A stretch of DNA of 64,000 nt from Eledone cirrhosa. Taxonomy: Eukaryota. Positions 13,159 through 25,237 of the stretch are shown here, piece by piece. Location of the stretch: the NCBI GenBank assembly GCA_964016885.1, contig OZ024744.1, forward strand, positions 48,794,001 to 48,858,000, in the 5' to 3' direction. Numbering within the stretch: the first letter of the stretch is position 1; every line of letters starts with the position of its first letter. Position numbers and translations under genes: made by a program. Below the pieces are notes generated by a model. It ran no database searches, was not told where the DNA came from, and was given only the letters and a program-made list of their open reading frames with translations.

Positions 13159-15033
13159 GGGTTGTTCCGAAGGACTGGCATAGCAGCATCATCGTTAACT
13201 GTTATAAGGGTAAAGGAGACGCCCTAGATAGGAGTAACTATAGAGGCATTAAATTAATCGACCAGGTCATGAAGGTCACGGAAAAAGTAATAGCGCAACT
13301 AATCAGAGAGAGAATTGACCTAGATGAAATGCAGTTCGGGTTTGTGTCAGGCAAAAGCACCACAGACGCCCTTTTCATAGTACGACAACTACAGGAGAAG
13401 TACCTAGCCAAAGGTAGACCCCTCTACTTAGCTTTTGTCGACCTGGAGAAAGCCTTCGACAGAGTCCCCCGCTCCATTATCTGGTGGGCTCTTAGAAAAC
13501 TAGGCGTTGACGAATGGCTTGTGAGGGCTATACAAGCCATGTATAAAGAAACAGTCAGCAAGGTTAGAATTAACAACGAATATAGTGAAGAGTTTAGCGT
13601 AAAAGTTGGCGTCCATCAGGGCTCTGTTCTCAGCCCCCTACTATTTATTATTGCCCTTCAGGCTATAACAGAGGAGTTCAAGACAGGCTGCCCATGGGAA
13701 CTCCTATACGCAGACGACCTGACACTCATAGCGGAATCAATGGCCGAGCTAGAGAAGAAATTCCAAACATGGAAGCACGGCCTAGAGTCAAAAGGACTTA
13801 AAATTAACCTGGCTAAGACCAAAGTTCTAGTTTGTAGGAAAGAAAACAAGGCGGCGGTCCCTTCTGGGAAATGGTCGTGCTCGGTGTGTAGGAAAGGCGT
13901 AGGTAGAAACTCCATTTTATGTCCTAAATGCAAAGTATGGGTGCATAAAAGATGTAGTGGGATCACAGGTAAGCTAACTAAGAACATAGATTTTACATGT
14001 GGCCGGTGTTCTGGTGCAATAAGTAGCAGCAAGTGCCCACAAAATACTAGCTCTTTCAATTGAGCAGAGGGTTCTATAGAAATAGTGGACAGCTTCCGTT
14101 ACCTGGGCGATAAAATCAGCAGTGGGGGAGGGTGCTCTGAAAGTACTGTAGCTAGAGTCAGAACTGGTTGGAAAAAGTTCAGAGAGCTTATACCACTATT
14201 AGCTGCTAAAGGGTTCTCCCTAAAAATGAAAGGCAGGTTGTACGATGCCTGCATACGAACAGCAATGTTGCATGGTAGTGAGACCTGGGCATTGTGTGCA
14301 GAGGATATACGCAGACTAGAGAGGAACGAAGCTTGCATGCTCCGCTGGATGTGTAACAGTAATATACATGAACGGCAAAGCATAAACGAACTAAGGAAAA
14401 AATTAGAGATAAGAGGGATCAGATGTTGTTTACTCGAGAGAAGGCTGCGTTGGTATGGACACGTGATGCGCATGAAAGTCGATAGCTGTATAACAAAGTG
14501 CAGGGCAATAAAGATAGACGGTAGCCACGGAATAGGCAGACCTAGAAAAACATGGGATGAGCTGATAAACTCCGACCTCACACACTTACACCTCTCCAAG
14601 ACAATGTCACTGGACCGAGACCTTTGGCGGTACTCAGTAACAGAGAAGACCCGCCTTGCCAGTAGGCATCTCTAACAAAATACACCCCGTCCCGCCACCA
14701 CCCCCACCCCATCCACACCACCCCGTTCTATGTAAAGTTATGTTGGTGCCGCGCCATCCAGGCCGAAACAAATGAGATCGTGTAGGTGTCACGACAAAAA
14801 AACACACAGTCCACGCTGTAATGTGGCCGTGTAGGCAACACGGTAAAAACCTCCCAGACCCACACTGTAAATGTGGTTGGTGTTAGGAAGGGCATCCAAC
14901 TGTAGAAAACCTGCCAGACAGTCCTATGCGAGCAAGACAATCACTCTTGCCTCAAGTGGGACTACCCCCGTCCAAACCCATGCAAGCGTGGAACACGGAC
15001 GTTAAACGTTGATGATGATGATGATGATGATGA
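13159..15033 (+). mobile_element. RTE LINE subfamily A, young 5'-truncated copy (RT to 3' end)
   Basis: ORFs 12975-14063 and 14085-14675 are in frame and split by one TGA at 14061-14063 (TGC in the 19966-23291 copy). Motifs are NYRGIKL, QFGF, AFVDLEKAFDRV, GVHQGSVLSP, YADD, FRYLG and RLRWYGHV. It ends in a (GAT)n tail. The ORF N-terminus upstream of 13159 is flanking sequence. Confidence 0.95.
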
Positions 15034-15047
15034 TATATATATATATA

Positions 15048-15423
15048 CCTTACCCAATTACACCTCTCAAAGGTGATGACACACAACCATAACCTCTGGC
15101 ATCACACAGTAATACAGAAGACCCGACCCCCCACGTGTACAAGCCGAAGCTGAAGCATATAGACAATATGCCCCCACCCTCTCCCGCTGAAAAGTGGTCA
15201 TGGAGGTGCCACGGCAAAAAAGTACCCAGCCCACACTGTAAAGTGGATGTGTAGGGCCACATAAAAAAAGCCCCCATCACTAACTGTAAATGAGGTTGGT
15301 GTTAGGAAGGGCATCAAGCTGTAGAAATCAAGCCAGAATCAGTTCCTGGACACTGCCCACAAGAGGACAACCCGTCTAACCCATGCTAGCGTTGAAGAAC
15401 GGATATAAAACGGTGATGATGAT
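15048..15423 (+). mobile_element. RTE subfamily C 3' end
   Basis: Matches 38533-38933 (CCTTACCCAA.TACACCTCTCAAAG... through CCCGTCTAACCCATGCTAGCG...AAAACGGTGATGAT). Confidence 0.8.
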
Positions 15424-15551
15424 ATATATATTAAGTGTTTCCATAGAAAAGGTAAAGGAAAGGAGAGCGCTCTATGTAAGCTACAGAGCTATTTAGTTAT
15501 GTAATAAACAACATAAGACAATTATTCCATTTACCTTTATTTTATTTTATA

Positions 15552-16299
15552 CTAGCAGAGTGGCCCAGTGTTGCTCGGGATTTGCTCTAGGGTTCTTATA
15601 TATTTGATATATATTTATATTTATCCAGCCTAGTGAAATAAATACGTTTGTTTATATTTTGTTATTGTGTCTGCAAAAATATCTGTACACGAATAAATAA
15701 TTATATATATATATAGAAATCAAGCCAGAATCAGTTCCCGTTCCACCCTTGCAAGCAAGGAAAAAGCAGACGTAAAATGAAATGATGATGATGATGAAAT
15801 GATATATATATATATGCATATATATATTAAAATAACAGATTAAAGTTTAAGCAAAGAATCGCTGCTTTCACCCTTAACGGCATCTTCTGAAACTAAAAAA
15901 AATCAATCTGTGAACGCAGAAGTAAATATTTCAAAAAACTTTACACACTATGTATATATATATACACACTATATATATACATATATACACACACACATAT
16001 AGCGTCATAATGTCGTAATGCAGACAGCTAGACATACAGACAGCCAGACATACAGACAGATATTATAAGGGTGCAACGTTACATCTATGTATCAATCTAA
16101 AAAGAAAGACTAAGGATTATAGTGAGAGATGGCTAAATCGCCTAATGCAGGCCATTGAGAATTTGAAATATGTTTTTCTCAAAACACTCACAGGACCATA
16201 AGTATTACATGTGTAAAGTTTAAAAACAATCGGTTGGGTGGTTCTCCAGTTTTAGGGAGCTGACAGACAGACAGACATTCTCTGTTTTAGATATATAGA
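15552..16299 (-). mobile_element. Non-autonomous Helitron, copy 1
   Basis: The minus strand begins A|TCTATATATCTAAAACAGAGAATGTCTGTCTGTC and ends with the hairpin CCCGAGCAACACTGGG then CTGCTAG|T. It is colinear with 25238-26617. Confidence 0.75.
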
Positions 16300-16374
16300 T
16301 TATATATTTGCCTTGCTTTCAATTGTTTTAGCCTTTGTTTTTAAATCTATATCTTACATCCACATCAAATAAAA

Positions 16375-16450
16375 TGTCATTCTGATGAGCAATTTCAGAC
16401 GTCTGTGTTGAGCTTGTCTGTCTTCGTGAAACCTTTGATAAATGGAATAA
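16375..16450 (+). ncRNA. Hammerhead ribozyme motif (stem III degenerate)
   Basis: TCATT-CTGATGA(16382-16388)...CAGAC/GTCTG...GAAA-CCTTTGA-TA^AATGG. The downstream flank is shared with the 35460 element and inverted at 15491-15533. Confidence 0.55.
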
Positions 16451-16499
16451 TTGTCTTATGTTGTTTATTACATAACTAAATATATATATATAATATAGA

Positions 16500-16556
16500 A
16501 ATGGCTTCTACAGGACTAGAACTGTTTCATTAGGGAGAAATCATCAGGAAGCCCAT
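16500..16556 (-). ncRNA. Hammerhead-like motif with minimal stem II
   Basis: Minus strand reads GGCTTC-CTGATGA-TTTCTCCCTAAT-GAAA-CAGTTC...GAAGCC. Partial copies lie at 49070-49115 (+) and 44833-44872 (-). Confidence 0.45.
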
Positions 16557-16593
16557 ATATATATATATATATATAATATATACATGTGTCATA

Positions 16594-17460
<867 letters not shown>

Positions 17461-17505
17461 CCGTCGAAACGGCTTGAGCTCAGCCGTCGGGGTCTTACTT
17501 GTTCC

Positions 17506-17545
<40 letters not shown>

Positions 17546-19624
17546 CATACACACACACATATATATAGTAGAGAGAGAGTGGGGAGTGGGGGGAGAATTT
17601 GTTGAATGTTTAGGACTGCTCCCATTTAGCTGGCAAATTTTCACAGAAAGTAAATATTTTTTCTATAACCATATTATATGCAGATTTGATTATGATGAGT
17701 GGTGGGTGTGGCTGGAAGGGATTGGGTGAACAGGAAAGGGGAAAGAGATAGGTTTGTTAGAAAAGATGTTAAAAGCGCATGTATGCATATACATGTGTAT
17801 ATGTATATTCATGTATATATATATGTGTGTGCGTGTGTGTGTGTATGTGTGTTTGTATGCATAGGCACATGCATAATATATATATATATGTGTGTGGATG
17901 TATTGATGGATGTTTATGTATGTATATGCATGTGCATATGTATGTGTGTATGTACATATGTGTATGTATATATAATTATATACAAGTTCACATACCATGA
18001 CCACATCAAAAATATATGACTGATTATATATGTGTATGTGTGTAGGAAATGAGGACATTTTACATCATTTATGTACACAAAAATGTTATTAGATGCATGG
18101 CTGGATTCCCAGGCCAGCCAAGCATAGGGTTAACTAGAGATGAAAAGCCATGAAAGCTCAAACAAACAAGCTTCTTCTATTTTATCTCTTCTCTCACTTG
18201 TCTTCTATTTTCTCTCTTCTGTCTTCTGTCTCTTGCCTCCTACCTTCTATCTTATGCCTTCTCTATAATGAAAGACACTACCTATAGTTCTCAAACCATT
18301 TTGAAAATAATCAAAAGTCCTGAAGAATTTAGTAATGTAACTAATATTCTCACTACTAATCTGGACTATGTAATATAACTTAATAGATGTTCATAAAATT
18401 ATGAAAGAAATTCTTTGGATAAATTTGAATATTTTTACCCTCCTTTCATTAACAGGTTCTCAAATAATTTTGAAAACCTGAATTTGGAGGTATTTAGTAA
18501 TATAAGTAACTATTAACTTGGTATTTGGAGCGTAACTTAACAAAGCTTCATACATAAAATTACGATTGAAAGGTTTTAAATAAATATAAACATTTAAAAC
18601 CATTTCGTTACCATATTTCCAATGAAAGACATTGTCTATAGTTTTCAAATAATTCCGAAAATAATTAAGAATTTAGAGATATTTAAACATTAAACTGGTG
18701 TTTGGAACATAAGTTAACAAAGGTTCTTACATAAGATTGTGATGGAAGGTTTTTTTTATGAATACACATACTTAAAAACAAAATATTTTTACTTCCTAGC
18801 ATAAAACCAAACCTGTTTTCAGGCAGTTAGTGAGTTAAAAGGTCTTGAAATGTGACTTCTAGCTGAAGATATAGAATCGAATTTGGAAAAGAATAAAAGC
18901 CCTTCAGAAGAATTTAAGGGGCATTTTTCAAGTGGGGGTAGATTTAGTCAAAAGATAGGCCCTTTAACAGTCATGCTTTTACTAAAGAGGTCCCCTTTGT
19001 ATGTATTCAATGTCCCCTCTTAATATAAAAATCACAGCAGGAGGGACTTTTGGCTTTAAGGCTTTCAGGCTTTCTATTTAGGGGTTGATCAAGCATTTAG
19101 TTTATAGTGTAGTGAAGGGAAGGTCTGATGGAAAACAGGGCCCAGACTGTGAATGAAAAGATGGTAAGGGTGGGGGAGGAATGAATAGAGAGAGTTAGGG
19201 GATTTGGTTTGTGGAGGGGTTAAGGTGAGGAGTTAGGGGTGTTTAGGGGTTAGGGATTTTTTAGGGAAATAGGCTCTTCAGAACAGATGGAGATGTGTGC
19301 CTGCACATACATACATATATATCCACATACATACATACATGCATACATATGCATGTGTGTATATATATATATATGTGTATGTATATATACATGTATTATA
19401 CACATGTGCTTGTCTTTTACTTTAGAGTTTCATACAAACATACAGAGACACACAAACACAGTTACACACATTATGCACACACATGAATACAAACACATAT
19501 ATGTATATGTATATGTGTGTATGTATATATATATATATACAGTATATATTATAAAATAACTAAATGTATATTTTGATAGATCTTATGAGAGGCAAAAACA
19601 CTAGATTCAAATGCACACACACTC

Positions 19625-19656
<32 letters not shown>

Positions 19657-19685
19657 GTATATATATATACACATACATATATATA

Positions 19686-19777
<92 letters not shown>

Positions 19778-19931
19778 CATATATATACATAAATATATAT
19801 ACATATATATATATACACATGTATATATATATATATGTATATATACATGTATATATGTATATATATATTTATGTATATATATGTATATATATATATATAT
19901 GTATATATATGTATATATATATATGTATATA

Positions 19932-19964
<33 letters not shown>

Positions 19965-19965
19965 G

Positions 19966-22900
19966 TCATCATCATCATCATCATCAACGTTTAACGTCCG
20001 TGTTCCACGCTTGCATGGGTTTGGACGGGGGTAGTCCCACTTGAGGCAAGAGTGATTGTCTTGCTCGCATAGGACTGTCTGGCAGGTTTTCTACAGTTGG
20101 ATGCCCTTCCTAACACCAACCACATTTACAGTGTGGGTCTGGGAGGTTTTTACCGTGTTGCCTACACGGCCACATTACAGCGTGGACCGTGTGTTTTTTT
20201 GTCGTGACACCTACACGATCTCATTTGTTTCGGCCTGGATGGCGCGGCACCAACATAACTTTACATAGAACGGGGTGGTGTGGATGGGGTGGGGGTGGTG
20301 GTGGTGGGACGGGGTGTATTTTGTTAGAGATGCCTACTGGCTGGAGTAGGTTTTACTATATATTTAGGTAAGGCGGGTCTTCTCTGTTACTGAGTACCGC
20401 CAAAGGTCTCGGTCCAGTGACATTGTCTTGGAGAGGTGTAAGTGTGTGAGGTCGGAGTTTATCAGCTCGTTCCAGGTTTTTCTAGGTCTGCCTATTCCGT
20501 GGCTACCATCTATCTTTATTGCCCTGCACTTTGTTATACAGCTATCGACTTTCATGCGCATCACGTGTCCATACCAACGTAGCCTTCTCTCGAGTAAACA
20601 ACATCTGATCCTCTTATCTCTAATTTTTTTTTTCCTTAGTTCGTTTATGCTTTGCCGTTCACGTATATTACTGTTACACATCCAGCGGAGCATGCAAGCT
20701 TCGTTCCTCTCTAGTCTGCGTATATCCTCTGCACACAATGCCCAGGTCTCACTGCCATGCAACATTGCTGTTCGTATGCAGGCATCGTACAACCTGCCTT
20801 TCATTTTTAGAGAGAACCCTTTAGCAGCTAATAGTGGTATAAGCTCTCTGAACTTTTTCCAACCAGTTCTGACTCTAGCTACTGTACTTTCAGAGCACCC
20901 TCCCCCACTGCTGATTTTATCGCCCAGGTAACGGAAGCTGTCCACTATTTCTATAGAACCCTCTGCGCAATTGAAAGAGCTAGTATTTTGTGGGCACTTG
21001 CTGCTACTTATTGCACCAGAACACCGGCCACATGTAAAATTTATGTTCTTAGTTAGCTTACCTGCGATCCCACTACATCTTTTATGCACCCATACTTTGC
21101 ATTTAGGACATAAAATGGAGTTTCTACCTACGCCTTTCCTACACACCGAGCACGACCATTTCCCAGAAGGGACCGCCGCCTTGTTTTCTTTCCTACAAAC
21201 TAGAACTTTGGTCTTAGCCAGGTTAATTTTAAGTCCTTTTGACTCTAGGCCGTGCTTCCATGTTTGGAATTTCTTCTCTAGCTCGGCCATTGATTCCGCT
21301 ATGAGTGTCAGGTCGTCTGCGTATAGGAGTTCCCATGGGCAGCCGGTCTTGAACTCCTCTGTTATAGCCTGAAGGGCAATAATAAATAGTAGGGGGGCTG
21401 AGAACAGAGCCCTGATGGACGCCAACTTTTACGCTAAACTCTTCACTATATTCGTTGTTAATTCTAACCTTGCTGACTGTTTCTTTATACATGGCTTGTA
21501 TAGCCCTCACAAGCCATTCGTCAACGCCTAGTTTTCTAAGAGCCCACCAGATAATGGAGCGGGGGACTCTGTCGAAGGCTTTCTCCAAGTCGACAAAAGC
21601 TAAGTAGAGGGGTTTACCTTTAGCTAGGTACTTCTCCTGTAGTTGTCGTACTATGAAAAGAGCGTCTGTGGTACTTTTGCCTGACACAAACCCGAACTGC
21701 ATTTCATCTAGGTCAATTCTCTCTCTGATTAGTTGCGCTATTACTTTTTCCGTGACCTTCATGACCTGGTCGATTAATTTAATGCCTCTATAGTTATTCC
21801 TATCTAGGGCGTCTCCTTTACCCTTATAACAGTTAACGATGATGCTGCTATGCCAGTCCTTCGGAACAACCCCATTCTGTATGACTTGGTTAACTATGCG
21901 GGTGACCATGGTGTGTCCCACCGTGCCAGATGCCTTCAGCATCTCAGCAACTATTTCCGAAGGCCCAGCCGCCTTACCCGTCTTCATATCCTTGATTGCC
22001 TTACTTATTATACTCCCCTCGACTAACACTGCTGGTCCCTCTATTGGGTCGATATGGGGGAGACTGTCTTTCTCCCATTTATTCTCCTCATTTAGTAGCC
22101 TTTCATAGTGACACTTCCAAGCTATCTTCTTATCAGCGTCAGTGATGGCAAGTGTGCCATCATCGTTTAGTACACACTTCTCCCCGACAATATCACGGTT
22201 TTCCTTGACGCATTGCCTAGCAATCCTGAACACCTCACGTTTTTGGTCCTCGCATTGTAGAACATGCTTGAACTTTCTTTCCTCTGCTTCCCTTCTTGCT
22301 AAGTACACTTGTCTCCTAGCTTCCCTCCTGGCCACTTGATAGTCTTCTCTACTTCCCCATCCCGCCATACTTTCCAAGCCTGCTTTTTGGCCTTAATTGA
22401 CCCCTCCACTTTACTGTTCCACCACCATGTTACTCTCCTCCTGCCTACAGGCCAGCTCCAGCCACAGACTTCGTCTGTCGCCATCAGCAGGTTTGCTTTC
22501 AGAAATTCCCACTGTCCCTCTATATTGTCCGACTGTAAATGTTCTTCCTTACTGTCGAAAGCATCAAGTAATATGCTTTGAAATTTATTTCTGGCTGTGG
22601 GGTCCTTTAGCTTCCATATTTTTCTCCTGAGGATAGTCCTCTTCTGCTGTCGAGTACGTCTCGTCCTGACTATGAGGTCGCTAATTATCAGTCTATGTTG
22701 GGAGGTGCATTCTTCATGGGGGAGGGATTTAGTGTTTACAACAGACACTCTGTCACGTCTTCTGGTAATGATATAATCTACCTGGCTTGTGTGTTCCCCG
22801 GATCTATAGGTGATCAGGTGATTGTCACGTTTTTTGAAGTTAGTGTTACAGATAGTTAGGTTATTTGCATCACAGAATTCCAGGATTCTGGAGCCTTCCT

Positions 22901-23291
22901 CATTTCTAGTACCAAACCCATAGCCTCCATGCATTTCGTCGTAGTCGTCACAATGTTGTCCAACGTGACCATTTAGGTCGCCTGCAATAATTATATAGTC
23001 ACTGTCGGATATTTGGGAGGTAGTTAGCATCAGTGTCTCATAGAATCTGTCTTTTATAGTGCCGGGCAGTCCGGATTGGGGTGCGTACGCAGATATTACT
23101 GTCACCGTAGTTCTATTGAGGACAAGTCGTATTTTAATTATTCTGTCGTTCACTCTATTTACGTCTATTATCTTATCTGCCCACTTTTCTGCTACCATGA
23201 TTCCTTCTCCACCCAGCCCATCGTCGTTTCCCACCCAGAAAAGCTTATAACATCGTTTTTTACCCTCAATGAATCTAGCAGACCCACCCCT
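19966..23291 (-). mobile_element. RTE LINE subfamily A, near full length (APE endonuclease plus RT), young
   Basis: Three overlapping ORFs (22299-23290, 21229-22377, 20364-21425) are joined by frameshifts near 22370 and 21395. APE motifs are SAYAPQ, GDLNGHVG, SQVDYI and TSQHRL. RT motifs match the copy at 13159. It is truncated in the endonuclease N-terminus at a (TA)n tract. Confidence 0.95.
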
Positions 23292-23292
23292 A

Positions 23293-23383
<91 letters not shown>

Positions 23384-23833
23384 CATTTCTGAATTTGTTT
23401 AGCAAGATTCTTTATCTGAAAACGTGTGTTGAAACCGATATTGTTATACTATGGGAGGTTTCTTGGTGAGGAGGGTGACTTTGGACATCCTGCAGGACTA
23501 AAAACAAAACCTGTCAAAGGGCAAAGAAGCTCTTAAGAGTCAATGGCCATCCAAAATCACCGGGAGAGATGACCCCTTAGCCTTTGTTAAGGCAGAATTC
23601 TAGGAGAAGAAAAACTCTGATATAACACCTGCAACCCTGATGGTATCCAATGATGTTGACTTGTTCTTCTTTTTGGTAAATATCTTCTTGGTTAAGAGAG
23701 TGGGACTGGCTTTGTGCAGTGCCTTTGCTCACTATAAAAGCTTCACGGCACAGGCATTGCTTTATATCTGGAGATCTTTCTGCACTTGTCGTCCTATGGT
23801 ACCATGGGGCCAGCACTATGTGTCAGTAATTGT

Positions 23834-23970
23834 CACATGTGTAGTGTTTGTACCAGAGTTTTCAAGTCGCTGGCTGGACTAAAAAGTCACACTCGTTCAG
23901 CGCATCGGTGGGGGTTCTCCTACATGGATATAAAGTAGTGGCCGTACTCGAAAACGAGTTGGCAGCCACC
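23834..23970 (+). mobile_element. Probable RTE/BovB-type 3' end encoding one C2H2 zinc finger
   Basis: HMCSVCTRVFKSLAGLKSHTRSAHRWGFSYMDIK* (TAG at 23936-23938), then a short hairpin CTCGAAAACGAG and (TA)n. The LAGLKSH motif is shared with 31795-32265. Confidence 0.6.
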
Positions 23971-24125
23971 ATATATACATATATATATATAAAAAATATA
24001 TATATGATGATGATGATATATATATATGTATATATTTTTTTAGTTTCAGAAGATCCCGTTAAGGGCGAAAGCTGCGATTCTTTGCTTAAACTTTTATCTG
24101 TTCTTATAATACATATATATATTAA

Positions 24126-24432
24126 TTCAAAATATTAATAAATGTAGACATTCACGTAATCAAAATATATTTTATTATATATGTTTCGGAGGTACTGTGC
24201 TGTTTTTTCAGTATGTCCTCATCAGATAAAATATATTGATGTATGACATACCTCAACTGTGCTGATGGTTCAATTCCAGTCTTGGCAGTCAGAGAATTGA
24301 ACCATCAGCACAGTTGAGGTATGTCATACATCAATTTATGCATTTTATCTGATGAGGACGTACTGAAAAAACAGCACAGTACCTCCGAAATATTTTGATT
24401 ACGTGAATGTCTACATTTATTAATATTTTGAA
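24126..24432. repeat. ~300-bp fold-back palindrome with a hammerhead in each arm
   Basis: The arms are reverse complements around a spacer at about 24277-24293. The left arm (minus) reads TATTTTAT-CTGATGA-GGACATACTG...CAGTACCTCC-GAAA-CATATA-TA^ATAAAATA. The right arm (CTGATGA at 24349) lacks the cleavage segment. Confidence 0.85.
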
Positions 24433-24510
24433 AACTTCTTTGTTGAATGCTTCTAATCTATTGTAAAACTATATTCATTGATTAATCAAGGAACCTTGTT
24501 TAACTTTTGG

Positions 24511-24631
<121 letters not shown>

Positions 24632-24799
24632 GATAGATAATGTAGGAAGTGAGTTTTATTGTAGCACAATAAAGCAATGCAAATATCGGATAAGTAGCAC
24701 TCCACAGTTTATAGGACTGGAGTATAAATAATATAATATAATGTTGATTTAACACTTCACTGCTCGCAAGTGTTTTTTAAGCTTCTTATCATGTCTCCC

Positions 24800-24869
24800 T
24801 ATTTTATCTGATGAGAACCAAATATCATCCCATGATGATATTTGTTTTTGAAATGCGCATAATAAAATA
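24800..24869 (+). ncRNA. Type I hammerhead ribozyme motif (best example)
   Basis: TATTTTAT-CTGATGA(24808-24814)-GAACCAAATATCATC-CCAT-GATGATATTTGTTTTT-GAAA-TGCGCA-TA^ATAAAATA. Stem I is a perfect 8 bp, the stem II core is 11 bp, and stem III is palindromic. Confidence 0.85.
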
Positions 24870-24899
24870 CATGGAACTCTTTTAACCATCTTTTGATCT

Positions 24900-24956
<57 letters not shown>

Positions 24957-25237
24957 GTTGGTACCACAAAACATCCAGTCCACACTATGGACATATAGGG
25001 GTCCACAAGTGGTCATATAGGGGTCATGACAAATAATGCCCAGCATACACTGTAAGTGTGCTTGGCGTTAGGAATGGCATCCAGCTGTAGAAAACCAGTC
25101 AGAAACAGTCCTATATGAGCGAGACCTGTTTACCCGACCCAACTTTCCTCTAAATGGGACAAACCAGTCTAACCCATGCTAACGTGGAAGATAGACATTA
25201 ATTGATAATGATGATGATGATATATATATGTATATTA

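Noticed and set aside
13658-14599. Antisense ORFs over RTE copies (also 20428-21372, 37417-38502)
   Set aside because: They are shadow frames of the RT coding strand with no recognisable motifs.
19190-19266. Interstitial telomere (scattered TTAGGG, also CCCTAA-like at 62015-62090)
   Set aside because: Only a few non-tandem degenerate hexamers are present, which is insufficient support.
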